Positions 24,272 through 33,118 of a stretch of DNA of 64,000 nucleotides are shown one piece after another. How positions within the stretch are numbered: position 1 is the first letter of the stretch; each line of letters begins with the position of its first letter. Under the pieces are notes generated by a model. The model did no database searches and was not told the DNA's origin. It was given only the letters and a program-made list of their open reading frames with translations. Source of the DNA: Vicinamibacteria bacterium (GTDB lineage Bacteria; Acidobacteriota; Vicinamibacteria; Marinacidobacterales; Marinacidobacteraceae); contig OY729431.1 in NCBI GenBank assembly GCA_963422395.1, positions 288,001-352,000 on the forward strand, given 5' to 3'. The translations under genes and the position numbers were made by a program.

Positions 24272-25786
24272 ATGTCGAAGACCGCTCTGCTATCCGCCTT
24301 CTTGCTGCTCTTCGCCTGGGCAGCCCCGGCCCAGGAGGCAGACTCCGCGAAGACCCGCTGGGAGACCAGCCACTCCATCGTCGTCGGGGAGGAAACCGTC
24401 GAGTACGACGCGGTGGTGGCGAGCGTGACCCTCACCGACGAAGAGGGCGGCGACGCTGCCGAACTCTTCTATACCGCCTACTTCCGCACGAACGGCGTGC
24501 CGTCCCGCGAGCGCCCGCTCGTGTTCGCTTACAACGGCGGGCCGGGATCGGCTTCCTTCTGGCTCCACATGGGCATCATGGGGCCGCGGCGCGTGGTCAC
24601 TCCCGAGGTCGGCCCCCAGGGCGCGCCGCCCTACCCGCTCGCGGATAACGACTACACGATTCTCGATGTCGCCGACATCGTGATGGTGGATCCCATCGGC
24701 ACCGGTTTCAGCCATACCCGTGAAGGCGCCGAAGGGTCCTATTACTGGGGCATCGACGAAGATGCGCGCTCCCTCGCGCAGTTCGTGCGACGCTTCCTCA
24801 GCGAGTACGACCGCTGGAATTCTCCCCGTTACCTCCTCGGCGAGAGCTATGGGACCACCCGTTCGGCAGTGCTCGCCGGCCACCTGCAGCGGGCGAACAT
24901 CGACTTGAACGGCATCGTGCTGGTCTCGGTCGTCCTGCAGTTCAACACGATCCAGTTCGCGCCGGGGGACGATCTGCCTTACATCGTGAATTTCCCCTCG
25001 TATGCGATCACGGCGCGGTATCTGGACCGCCTTCCCGGCGGCTCCCCGGACGATCTCGAGGCGTTCATGGCTGAAGTGGAAGCTTGGTCGCTCGACGAAT
25101 ACGCCACCGCATTGCTCGCCGGCGGGACGCTCGCTGCGGAACCCCGCGCGGAGATCATCGAGCAGATGCACCGCTACACCGGCCTGAGCCATGAATTCCT
25201 CGACCGATCGGACCTGCGGGTGACCGCTCCGGCCTTCGAGGCCGAGCTGCTGCGCGACGAGGGGCGCATCGTGGGGCGGCTCGACGCCCGCTTCACCGGG
25301 CCAGCGGGCGATGTGCTCGGGGGCCGTCCTTCGCACGATCCCCAATCCACCGCGATCAGTTCGGCGTACACCTCCGCCTTCAACGGTTATCTCCGCAGCG
25401 AGCTGGGTTACGACGGCGACCGGGAATATGTGCCGAGCGGCGGCACCCGAAACTGGAACTGGGGGCGGCTCGGAAGCGGGGGCCGTTTCGTCCGCGGAGG
25501 CGGAACCCCGAATGTGGCGCCCGACCTCGCCCGTGCGATGAAGCGCAACCCGAAGCTGAAGGTCCTGCTGGTCAACGGTATCTACGACCTGGCGACGCCG
25601 TACTTCGCCGCGGTCTGGACCGTGGACCACCTGGGGTTGCCGCCGGAGTTGCGGGCCAACATCGAGCGGGCGGACTTCGCCGCCGGCCACATGATGTATG
25701 TTGAGGAGTCGCTGCTGCCTCAGTGGAAAGAGGCAGTGGGCGGGTTCGTCGAACGGAATTCGGGGCGAGGGGCGGGCTCTCCGTAG
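24272..25786 (+). CDS. Serine carboxypeptidase S10 family, exported
   Basis: Signal peptide; YNGGPGSAS, DPIGTGFS, LLGESYGT (nucleophile), GIYDLATPY, AGHMMY. Confidence 0.92.
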   Translation: MSKTALLSAFLLLFAWAAPAQEADSAKTRWETSHSIVVGEETVEYDAVVASVTLTDEEGGDAAELFYTAYFRTNGVPSRERPLVFAYNGGPGSASFWLHMGIMGPRRVVTPEVGPQGAPPYPLADNDYTILDVADIVMVDPIGTGFSHTREGAEGSYYWGIDEDARSLAQFVRRFLSEYDRWNSPRYLLGESYGTTRSAVLAGHLQRANIDLNGIVLVSVVLQFNTIQFAPGDDLPYIVNFPSYAITARYLDRLPGGSPDDLEAFMAEVEAWSLDEYATALLAGGTLAAEPRAEIIEQMHRYTGLSHEFLDRSDLRVTAPAFEAELLRDEGRIVGRLDARFTGPAGDVLGGRPSHDPQSTAISSAYTSAFNGYLRSELGYDGDREYVPSGGTRNWNWGRLGSGGRFVRGGGTPNVAPDLARAMKRNPKLKVLLVNGIYDLATPYFAAVWTVDHLGLPPELRANIERADFAAGHMMYVEESLLPQWKEAVGGFVERNSGRGAGSP

Positions 25787-25818
25787 GCAGCCGCGCGGCG
25801 CGCCCGCGCTTTCTCTCT

Positions 25819-27294
25819 CTACTCCCGCCAGGGGTAGGGCGGCCGGCGGAGGTGCCAGTCGGTCTCCCGTTGGAACGCCATCCCGAAGTCCAGTGCCGAC
25901 TGGTCGTCCATCGCAGAAGCCACGATCTGCAGGGATAGCGGTAGTCCGTCCTCGTCGAATCCGCAGGGGACCGCCAAGCCGGGCAGTCCGACCAGGTTCG
26001 CGATGTAGTTGAGGCGCGGGGTGCGCTCGCTCACTTCATCCGGCGGCTCCCACTCGTTCCTCGCCGAGACGGGCCAACCGTCCTCCACCGTGCGGAGCGC
26101 TGCCCCGTTCGGCCAGGTGGGAGCGATCACCGCGTCGTACCGGGAGAGGATCGCGTCGGCTTCGCGCACCAGCTGGTTGCGGATCCGCTGTGCGGTCAGG
26201 TAGTCGGCGGCGGGCAGCATCCGTCCCGCCATCCAGCCGGCGCGCCGGTCTTCGTTGAACGAGAACATCCGGGCGGCGCTGCCGTCGTCGAAGAGCGCCT
26301 TGAAGTTCGTGCCGCTCTCCACGGCGACGATGGTGGTGAAGAGGGCACCGGTCGGGAAGAGCGGCAACTCGATGTCCTCCAACGCGACCCCCATGCCGGC
26401 GAACGCGGCGAGCGCTTCCTCGAAGACTCGCCGGTTCGTTTCGGACCGGGAAAGCTCGAACTCGGCGCGGTGGACGCCCAGCCGCCGCCCGCGCATCGCA
26501 CCGGGGTCGGGCCGGAAGACGAAAGAGTGATCCCCAGTCGAGGTATCCCGCGGATCGGGGCCGGCGATCTGTTGGAGCACCTGGCCGCAGTCTGCCGCAG
26601 AACGCCCCGCCGGCCCGATCTTGTCGAGGCTCCACGAGAGGGCCATGCAGCCGGTGCGGCTCACCCGGCCGAAGGTCGGCCGGAGTCCGGTAGCGCCGAC
26701 GGCGGAGGCGGGGAAAACGATCGAACCTCCGGTCTCGGTGCCGATCCCGAAGCCGATCAGCCCGGCTACCGCCGCGGCCACCGTACCGCTCGAGGAGCCG
26801 AAACTGGTGCGGTCCAGCTTCCAGGGGTTGAGTGCCGAACTGGTGTTGCCGCCAGCGAACTCCCCGAGCGACATCTTGGCCATCAGGACCGCCCCCGCCC
26901 CCTCCAGCCGCTCGATCACGGCGGCGTTCCGATCCGGAATCCGGTCCGCGAAGATGCGGGATCCCCAGGTGGTGCGAATGCCCCGGGTGTCGAGCAGATC
27001 CTTCACTCCGTACGGGATCCCGTGCAGGATGCTGCGCGAGTTTCCCCGCGCGAGTTCGCTGTCGGCGCGTTCGGCGGTTCGGAGGGCGTGGCCGCGGGCG
27101 ATCGTGACCATCGTCGCCAGTTTGCCCTGGTGGTCCTCCCGCGGTTCGCTCGGCAGCGGGAAGGGCGGGGTGTCCAGCGCCTCGGCCCGGTCGAGATATG
27201 CCTCGGTCAGCTCGACCGAGGAGATCGAGCCGTTCCGGAGAAGGTCGGCCAGTTCCCGGACGGAGAGAAAAAGCGTTGCTTCGTCCATGTTCAC
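25819..27294 (-). CDS. Amidase signature family protein (GatA-like)
   Basis: LHGIPYGVKDLL, FGSSSGT, GTETGGSI, GLRPTFGRVSR, LDKIGP, GLPLSLQ; GTG 27294 (GTGA overlap) or ATG 27288. Confidence 0.9.
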   Translation of the reverse strand: MNMDEATLFLSVRELADLLRNGSISSVELTEAYLDRAEALDTPPFPLPSEPREDHQGKLATMVTIARGHALRTAERADSELARGNSRSILHGIPYGVKDLLDTRGIRTTWGSRIFADRIPDRNAAVIERLEGAGAVLMAKMSLGEFAGGNTSSALNPWKLDRTSFGSSSGTVAAAVAGLIGFGIGTETGGSIVFPASAVGATGLRPTFGRVSRTGCMALSWSLDKIGPAGRSAADCGQVLQQIAGPDPRDTSTGDHSFVFRPDPGAMRGRRLGVHRAEFELSRSETNRRVFEEALAAFAGMGVALEDIELPLFPTGALFTTIVAVESGTNFKALFDDGSAARMFSFNEDRRAGWMAGRMLPAADYLTAQRIRNQLVREADAILSRYDAVIAPTWPNGAALRTVEDGWPVSARNEWEPPDEVSERTPRLNYIANLVGLPGLAVPCGFDEDGLPLSLQIVASAMDDQSALDFGMAFQRETDWHLRRPPYPWRE

Positions 27295-27566
27295 CCCCGC
27301 CGAAAGATCGTCAGCGGCGGTTCGTCCGGATCGAGCGGGAACTCCCGGAGGGTTCGCTGGACTTCCACCATGCGGCCGAGGGCCCGGCGCAGCCGTTCGA
27401 GCTCTCCGGGGTTCGCGTAGAGGCCGCGCGGCCCCTGATGGTCGAGCAGGATCTCCGCGGTCGCCGCCGCGATCTCTCCGGTCTCCTGCACTTCCCGACA
27501 CGCCTGTTGCCAGACTGCCGCGAGCGCACTTCCGGCGACGGTGGCGGCGAAGCGGCGGCGGTCCAT
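27291..27566 (-). CDS. Small protein (~91 aa) with twin-arginine-like N-terminus, coupled to the amidase
   Basis: MDRRRFAATVAGSALAAVWQQA...LREFPLDPDEPPLTIFRRG; its stop overlaps the amidase GTG. Confidence 0.65.
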   Translation of the reverse strand: MDRRRFAATVAGSALAAVWQQACREVQETGEIAAATAEILLDHQGPRGLYANPGELERLRRALGRMVEVQRTLREFPLDPDEPPLTIFRRG

Positions 27567-27623
27567 CGAGGTCGGGGAGAGGATCGCGTATCGTCGCACA
27601 TGGTTCCCGGAGAACCTTTCCCG

Positions 27624-30302
27624 ATGCGTCTTTCCGTTCTGCTTCCCGTTTCCCTCCTGCTGTTCGCGCCGCCGCCGGCGGCCGCCCAGCCCCCCTCCCC
27701 GGAGGAAGTGCTCGGTTATCCGATGGGCGGCTCGGTGACCGACTACGGCGGGCTCTACCGCTACCTCGATGCGATCCGGGACTCGGAGCGCCTGCGCCTT
27801 TCGGTCGTCGGCGAGAGCTTCGAGTACCGGGAACTGATCCTGCTCACCATCGGCACTCCGGAAAACCTTTCCCGCCTCGAAGCGATCCGGCGCGACACCC
27901 GGCGTCTCGCAGACCCCCGGGGGCTCACCGGGGAGGAGGCGGAGAGGATCATCGTCTCCACTCCCGCCGGTGTCTTCCTGAACTACGGAAACGACGGCAA
28001 CGAATCCGCCGCTTTCGAAGCGGCGCTGTGGATGGCGTGGGAGCTCCTGAGCGGCCGCCACGACGATCTCCTGGAAGATCTCGTGGTGTACATCGTCCCG
28101 GCCTCGAACCCGGACAGCCACGAGCGGTTCGCCGCCTGGTTCAAGGCGACCTCGAGCTGGCCCGACGGCGACCCCGACCCGAACGCTGCCGAGCATCGCG
28201 CCCCCTGGGGGCTGTCCACCAACAACAACCATTACCAGATCAATCTGAACCGGGATTCGGTCTGGAGTACGCAGCCTGAAAACCGTGCTCTGGTCCGGCT
28301 CTATCTGGATACCCGGCCGATGGTCTTCGTGGACCACCACGGCGAGACCGATTCGTTCGTGGGCCCCTGGATGGCCGAGCCGCTCCACCCCGTGCTCACC
28401 GAAAACCAGAAGGCGTGGCTGGTCGAGTACGGGCAGGCGATGGCAGCGGACTTCGCCGCCGCGGGCTTTGCCTATACCCCGTGGGAGTTCGGCCAGTTCG
28501 ATCCGGGTTATTGGGACACGCTCCCCAACTTCACCGGTTCCATCGGGTTCACCCTGGAGACCACCGGCGGCGGTTGGCGCGGGCTTCGCCTCGAACGACC
28601 TGGCGGCGGCGAATACACCCTCCGGAGCGGGATCGAACAGCACCTGGAAGCCGATCGGAGCCTGCTCGCGTTCACCGCGAAGAACCGCGAGCGCCGGCTG
28701 CGGGATTACCTCGCCTATCGGCGGGAGGCGCTCACCGGCGCGGGCCGGCCCGCCGGCTGGGTCCTTTCGGGCGATGCCGATCCGGCGCGGCTCGACACCG
28801 TACGCGGGCTGTTGCTCCGGGCCGGGATCGAAGTCCGGCGGACCAACCGAGAAGCGCCCGTGCGCGCCCGTCCGATGTTCCCGTGGACGGGTCCGGCCGC
28901 CGAGGTGGTGCTGCCGTCCGGGAGCCTGGTGGTGTCCGGAATCCAGCCCGAGGGAAGGCTCGCCCAAGTGCTGCTCGAGCAAGACGCCCGGTTCAGTGAG
29001 GAATTTCTGGAGCTGGTGGAAGAACACCGGAGACGCCGCACCGACCCCGGCTTCGGGCATCCGGACATCTGGACCACTTCCGACGCCTTCTACGACATCA
29101 CCGGCTGGTCCGTCCCGCTCACCCACCGTCTTCGGGCGTGGGTGATCGCCGATCCCGAGGGGCTGCCGCCGGAGACCGCTTCGGAGCCGGTGCGGCTCGA
29201 AGATCCCCTGAGCGATCCGCCGGCGACCTTCGGCGAGTTGGGAAATCCGGCTGCCTCCTACGCCTTCCTCGTTGCGGGAAACTCCGACCACACGATCCTC
29301 GCGGCAACCTGGCTGCGCGATGCCGCCATTCCGTTTCGGGTGGCCACTGCGGCCTTCCGAAAGGGCGGTGAGGCCTTCGGCCGCGGCACGCTCCTCGTCT
29401 ATGCCGCCGAGGCACCGCACCCGGCGCAGTTCCGCGCTGGGCTCGCGAGCCTCGCGGCCGCCGGGGCCCGGATCCTCGGGGTGGAGAGTCCCCTCACCGA
29501 TTCCGGCCCCCACCTCGGTTCCGACCGCTTCGTTCCCGTGGTTCCGGGTCGGATCGCCATGGTGATGGACGGCCCGGTCCGCCCGTCCGCGTACGGCAGC
29601 CCCTGGTACCTGTTCGAGCGGCGCTACCGCCTCCCCTTCACTGCGCTCCCCTGGCAGCGGCTCTCCGCAACCGACCTCCGTGGCTACCGGGTTCTCATCC
29701 TGCCGGACGGTGACTATCCGGATCCCGACGCCGATCCCGAGGCGGCGCGAATACTGGATCACCTCGGCGACTGGGCGGCCGGCGGCGGCGTGCTCATTTC
29801 CATGCGCGGAGCCTCGGCGTGGCTCGCGGGATCCGGGGCTTCCTGGATCCGGACCCGGATCCAGGAGGGATTTGCCGCCAAGTCGGCGTTCATGACCGAC
29901 GGCGGGCGCCCCGACGATATTCGTCCGGCCGCCCGAGAGCTCGAGGGCCCCGCCGAAGTGGTCCCCGGCGCCATCCTCCGCGCCCTTCCGAATTCGGAGA
30001 GCTTCCTCTCCTTCGGCTATGAGGAGCCGTTCCCGGTGATGATCTGGTCGAGCCTCGCGTTCGAACCCGACTCCTCCGTCGCCGTTGCGGCCCATTTCCC
30101 CGAGGACCCGGACGAACTCCTCGGCAGCGGGTTCGCCTTTCCCGACTCCCTCGAAAGGCTCGCCGGAACCCCGTATCTGGTCACGGAGCGGGTCGGCTCA
30201 GGCCGCGCCGTCCTCTTCCTCGACGACCCGAACTTCCGCCTCTTCTGGGACGGCCTGACCCGTCTCTTCATGAACGCAGTGCTGTTCGGCGCGAGCTTCT
30301 GA
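27624..30302 (+). CDS. M14-family zinc carboxypeptidase-like protein, exported, with C-terminal glutamine-amidotransferase-like domain
   Basis: Signal peptide; GESFEYRELILLTI, SNPDSHERF, NHYQINLNRD, VDHHGE, YDITGWSVPL, DDPNFRLFW. Confidence 0.85.
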   Translation: MRLSVLLPVSLLLFAPPPAAAQPPSPEEVLGYPMGGSVTDYGGLYRYLDAIRDSERLRLSVVGESFEYRELILLTIGTPENLSRLEAIRRDTRRLADPRGLTGEEAERIIVSTPAGVFLNYGNDGNESAAFEAALWMAWELLSGRHDDLLEDLVVYIVPASNPDSHERFAAWFKATSSWPDGDPDPNAAEHRAPWGLSTNNNHYQINLNRDSVWSTQPENRALVRLYLDTRPMVFVDHHGETDSFVGPWMAEPLHPVLTENQKAWLVEYGQAMAADFAAAGFAYTPWEFGQFDPGYWDTLPNFTGSIGFTLETTGGGWRGLRLERPGGGEYTLRSGIEQHLEADRSLLAFTAKNRERRLRDYLAYRREALTGAGRPAGWVLSGDADPARLDTVRGLLLRAGIEVRRTNREAPVRARPMFPWTGPAAEVVLPSGSLVVSGIQPEGRLAQVLLEQDARFSEEFLELVEEHRRRRTDPGFGHPDIWTTSDAFYDITGWSVPLTHRLRAWVIADPEGLPPETASEPVRLEDPLSDPPATFGELGNPAASYAFLVAGNSDHTILAATWLRDAAIPFRVATAAFRKGGEAFGRGTLLVYAAEAPHPAQFRAGLASLAAAGARILGVESPLTDSGPHLGSDRFVPVVPGRIAMVMDGPVRPSAYGSPWYLFERRYRLPFTALPWQRLSATDLRGYRVLILPDGDYPDPDADPEAARILDHLGDWAAGGGVLISMRGASAWLAGSGASWIRTRIQEGFAAKSAFMTDGGRPDDIRPAARELEGPAEVVPGAILRALPNSESFLSFGYEEPFPVMIWSSLAFEPDSSVAVAAHFPEDPDELLGSGFAFPDSLERLAGTPYLVTERVGSGRAVLFLDDPNFRLFWDGLTRLFMNAVLFGASF

Positions 30303-30342
30303 TCCGAGCCCTTCGACCGGCATTCTCAGATCCCGCCGCAAC

Positions 30343-31350
30343 TCATCGTCCTGTCGCCTCGACCGCCACGATGCGGCCGATCAGCTCCGGATCGTCGGGA
30401 AGCAGCCCGACCCCGGGAAGACGGCGGACGAGTTCGCGCCAGTCGTTCTCGTCGGTGAAGGCGTGAGCGAAGAGCGGGAGCGCTTCTTCCAGCCGTTCCA
30501 GATTCACGAGCGCCACCGCGTGCCAGAAGGTCATCTCGTAGTGGTCGGGGACGAGTGCCCGCGCCGCCCCGTATTCCCGGAGCGCTGCCTCCTGGTCCCC
30601 GACTTCGAGCGCGAGATCGCCGGCGTTCATGTGGTGATACGCCCGCTGCAGGGTTACCAGACGGCGCAGTTCTCCGAGCGGATCCGAGTGGTCGTCCACT
30701 CGGAGATCGAAGAGGCGGTCGCGCCACGGTTCGCCGCTCGGCTCGCCCCGCACCACCAGGATCGCCGCCGACTGCCGACCGCGAATATCTCCACCTGCAG
30801 CTTCCGCCGCTTCCATCGCCCGCAATAGCTTTTCGGCGAGGTCGCCGCCGCTCTTCTCGAACGCTTCGGCCATCGCCGGCCAGACGGTCTCGCTGCCCAT
30901 CAGGTTGGCCTGCACCGAGAAGTTCTCCCCGATCCGGTGTCCGGCGGCGGGAATGCAGTTCTCTCCGGTCCACGCCCTGACCCGTCCCCGAGCGTCGATC
31001 ATCGCTACTTGCCGCACCGCCCGGCCTTCGTCGGCTTCGAGCAGCGCGCCGAGCGCTTCGGGAGCGGATTCCCCGTTCCGCATCCGTTCGAGGCCGCGCG
31101 GGCCGTAGGCGGGGTCCACGAAGGACTGGGTGGCGACCGCTCCCACTCCGGACTCGGCCCAGGAAACCACGGAGCCCACCGAGAACCAGTGGCTCTGCAC
31201 TGCGACGCCGAGCTGTCCGGTCGCCGGATCGCGCGCCACGATGGAATAGGTGTGCACCGGCCGACGCGGTTTCGGGGATTCTGCTGCACTCTGGCCGGAA
31301 AGCCCGGCGATGAGAAGGACGGCGCCGGTGATTCGGTTGCCTGGGGTCAT
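30343..31350 (-). CDS. DUF1028 (Ntn-hydrolase-like) protein with C-terminal TPR
   Basis: HTYSIVARDPATGQLGVAVQSHWFSVG, GAVATQS, RQVAMID, QANLM, GGDIRGRQSAA, DLRVDDH. Confidence 0.88.
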   Translation of the reverse strand: MTPGNRITGAVLLIAGLSGQSAAESPKPRRPVHTYSIVARDPATGQLGVAVQSHWFSVGSVVSWAESGVGAVATQSFVDPAYGPRGLERMRNGESAPEALGALLEADEGRAVRQVAMIDARGRVRAWTGENCIPAAGHRIGENFSVQANLMGSETVWPAMAEAFEKSGGDLAEKLLRAMEAAEAAGGDIRGRQSAAILVVRGEPSGEPWRDRLFDLRVDDHSDPLGELRRLVTLQRAYHHMNAGDLALEVGDQEAALREYGAARALVPDHYEMTFWHAVALVNLERLEEALPLFAHAFTDENDWRELVRRLPGVGLLPDDPELIGRIVAVEATGR

Positions 31351-31401
31351 GTTGGATCCTCCACGGATCTTCCGCAGCTTCGACGGTACCGGCGGCGGGC
31401 G

Positions 31402-32128
31402 TTACCACGCGATAGCGCAGCGGTGTGCGATGGACCTGGCGAGCCGTTCGAAATCTCGGTAGCAGTCCTGGACCGCGGACATATGACCGCCGAGCGCTCC
31501 GTCCGCAGGCTTCAGGTGAAACATCGGCTTTCGGGCGTCTTGCGCCATCGGCATCAGGCTACGTGTCGCTTCCGGGACGGGGTGCAGGTCGAAAGTGCGA
31601 TGTCTAGAGGCGCGCTTTTCGGTGAGGATCTTCTCCTCATGCGCGTTGGCGGCTCGGCGGGAGGGTCCGACTCGAATCCAAACCCGGCCCTGCGGACGAC
31701 AGGTCGAAAGCAGATCGCCGATCAGGAGTCCGAGCCGTTCCGCGGATGCGGGCGATGTCTCCGAGACCTCTCAGGATGGGAGAGACCGTCCCGAGGAGGT
31801 CCGACGGCATCACCTCCACCACTGCCACTTCGCCTTCGGGCAGGATCCTCTTGCCCACGGTCATGGCCGGCAGCGGCTCCAGATTCACATTCGAGCGCAG
31901 CTCGCCGAGTCTTCGCAGCAGTGCGTCCGTTACCGTCAGGCCGCTCGGCTTGCCCTTGTCGTTTACTCCGAGCAGGAGATATCCAGGCTGTCGCTGATCG
32001 GGAAAGTCGTTGGCGAAGGCGCAGACAGCTTCCCCGAATTTAGCGGTGTTCTTGAGCGCGGTGGTGAACTCGACGCGGTCCGACTCGCCGCCGGCCAGCA
32101 GAGCGCGCAATGGCGCGTCGGTCAGCAC
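31402..32128 (-). pseudogene. Mosaic remnant of AlbA_2/Schlafen-domain ATP-binding gene and ParA-family gene fragments
   Basis: GTG 32128: LLAGGESDRVEF..AVCAFANDFP..GYLLLGVNDKG..VVEVMPSDL. A second frame carries QGRVWIRVGPSRRAANAHEEKIL joined to RSLMPMAQDARKPMFHLKPADGALGGH..DCYRDF, TAA at 31402. Confidence 0.7.
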
Positions 32129-32147
32129 GGCAAATGCCGGGGGCGAG

Positions 32148-32717
32148 TCAAGGGCCGAGCTTCCGGCCGGTGATGCCGAGCTCTTCGGCGTGGGGGCGGA
32201 GGGCGCCGACGATGAACTCGATGTGCTCCCCCAGGTCCGCCCCGAGGAGTTCGGCGCCGACGCGGCATTCATGGCGCTCGACCTTCGCCGCGAACGCCTT
32301 GTCCCGGAGCTTCTTCTTCACGCTGCGGGCGCCGAGCGTCCGAACCCCTTCGGGCCGCACCAGGCAGCAGGCGACGATGAACCCGGTGAGCTCGTCGCAG
32401 GCGAGCAGAGCCTTGTCCATCGGAGATCGCAGCGGCACGCTCCACTTCGTGTAATGCCCGGAGATCGCGTAGGCCATTTCTTCCTCACCGCGCTCGCGCA
32501 GCCAGGCGACGATGCGCTTCGGGTGCTCCTCCGGCCACTTCTCGTAGTCGGCGTCGTGGAGCATCCCCGCGATTCCCCAGACTTCGACATCGGCTTCGGG
32601 TCCACCGTAACGGCCGGCGGCCGCCCGCATGACGACTTCCACGGCGCGGGCGTGTTTGCGCAGCGAATCCGTCTCGCACCAGGCGGTTAGATGCGACCAG
32701 GCTTCACCGCGGGTCAT
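32148..32717 (-). CDS. HD-domain metal-dependent phosphohydrolase (HDIG-like)
   Basis: ATGA overlap; SLRKHARAVE, GMLHDADYE, ACDELTGFIVA, SVKKKLRDKAFAAKVER. Confidence 0.9.
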   Translation of the reverse strand: MTRGEAWSHLTAWCETDSLRKHARAVEVVMRAAAGRYGGPEADVEVWGIAGMLHDADYEKWPEEHPKRIVAWLRERGEEEMAYAISGHYTKWSVPLRSPMDKALLACDELTGFIVACCLVRPEGVRTLGARSVKKKLRDKAFAAKVERHECRVGAELLGADLGEHIEFIVGALRPHAEELGITGRKLGP

Positions 32718-33118
32718 GCCGATTCCTTTCCCCGCGGCGCACAGCAGGCCGCGACGCTCCACTTCCCGGCGCCCGCCGCGGCGAGGAACAGGAACAGAAA
32801 GCAGTAGAGCACGGCGGGTTCGCCGTCGTTCTGGACGGGCAGCAGGCCATCCGGCTGATGGCGGTAGAAGTAGGCCACCGCCATCTGTCCCGAAGCCAGC
32901 AACGCCGCCGGACGCACCCAGTAGCCGATCAGCACCAGCCCGCCGGTGACGAATTCGACGATTCCTGCGGTGTTGTAGAGCCAAGCCGGGGAGTAGGGCG
33001 TTCCCTCGCCGAGGATGGCTGCGACCGCGATCGCTCCGTGGCAGAAGAACGAAAAGCCGACGACGATGCGCAGGAGGGCGTACGCCGTGTCGCGGTGGTG
33101 GGTGAGGAGGGTCCTCAT
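32714..33118 (-). CDS. DoxX family membrane protein
   Basis: YALLRIVVGFSFFCHG, AGIVEFVTG, ASGQMAVAYF, NDGEPAVLYCFLFL, GAGKWSV. Confidence 0.9.
   Translation of the reverse strand: MRTLLTHHRDTAYALLRIVVGFSFFCHGAIAVAAILGEGTPYSPAWLYNTAGIVEFVTGGLVLIGYWVRPAALLASGQMAVAYFYRHQPDGLLPVQNDGEPAVLYCFLFLFLAAAGAGKWSVAACCAPRGKESA

Noticed and set aside
27567-30095. 934-aa minus-strand ORF 27291..30095
   Set aside because: Antisense to the M14 gene; only the last ~91 codons look like a real protein
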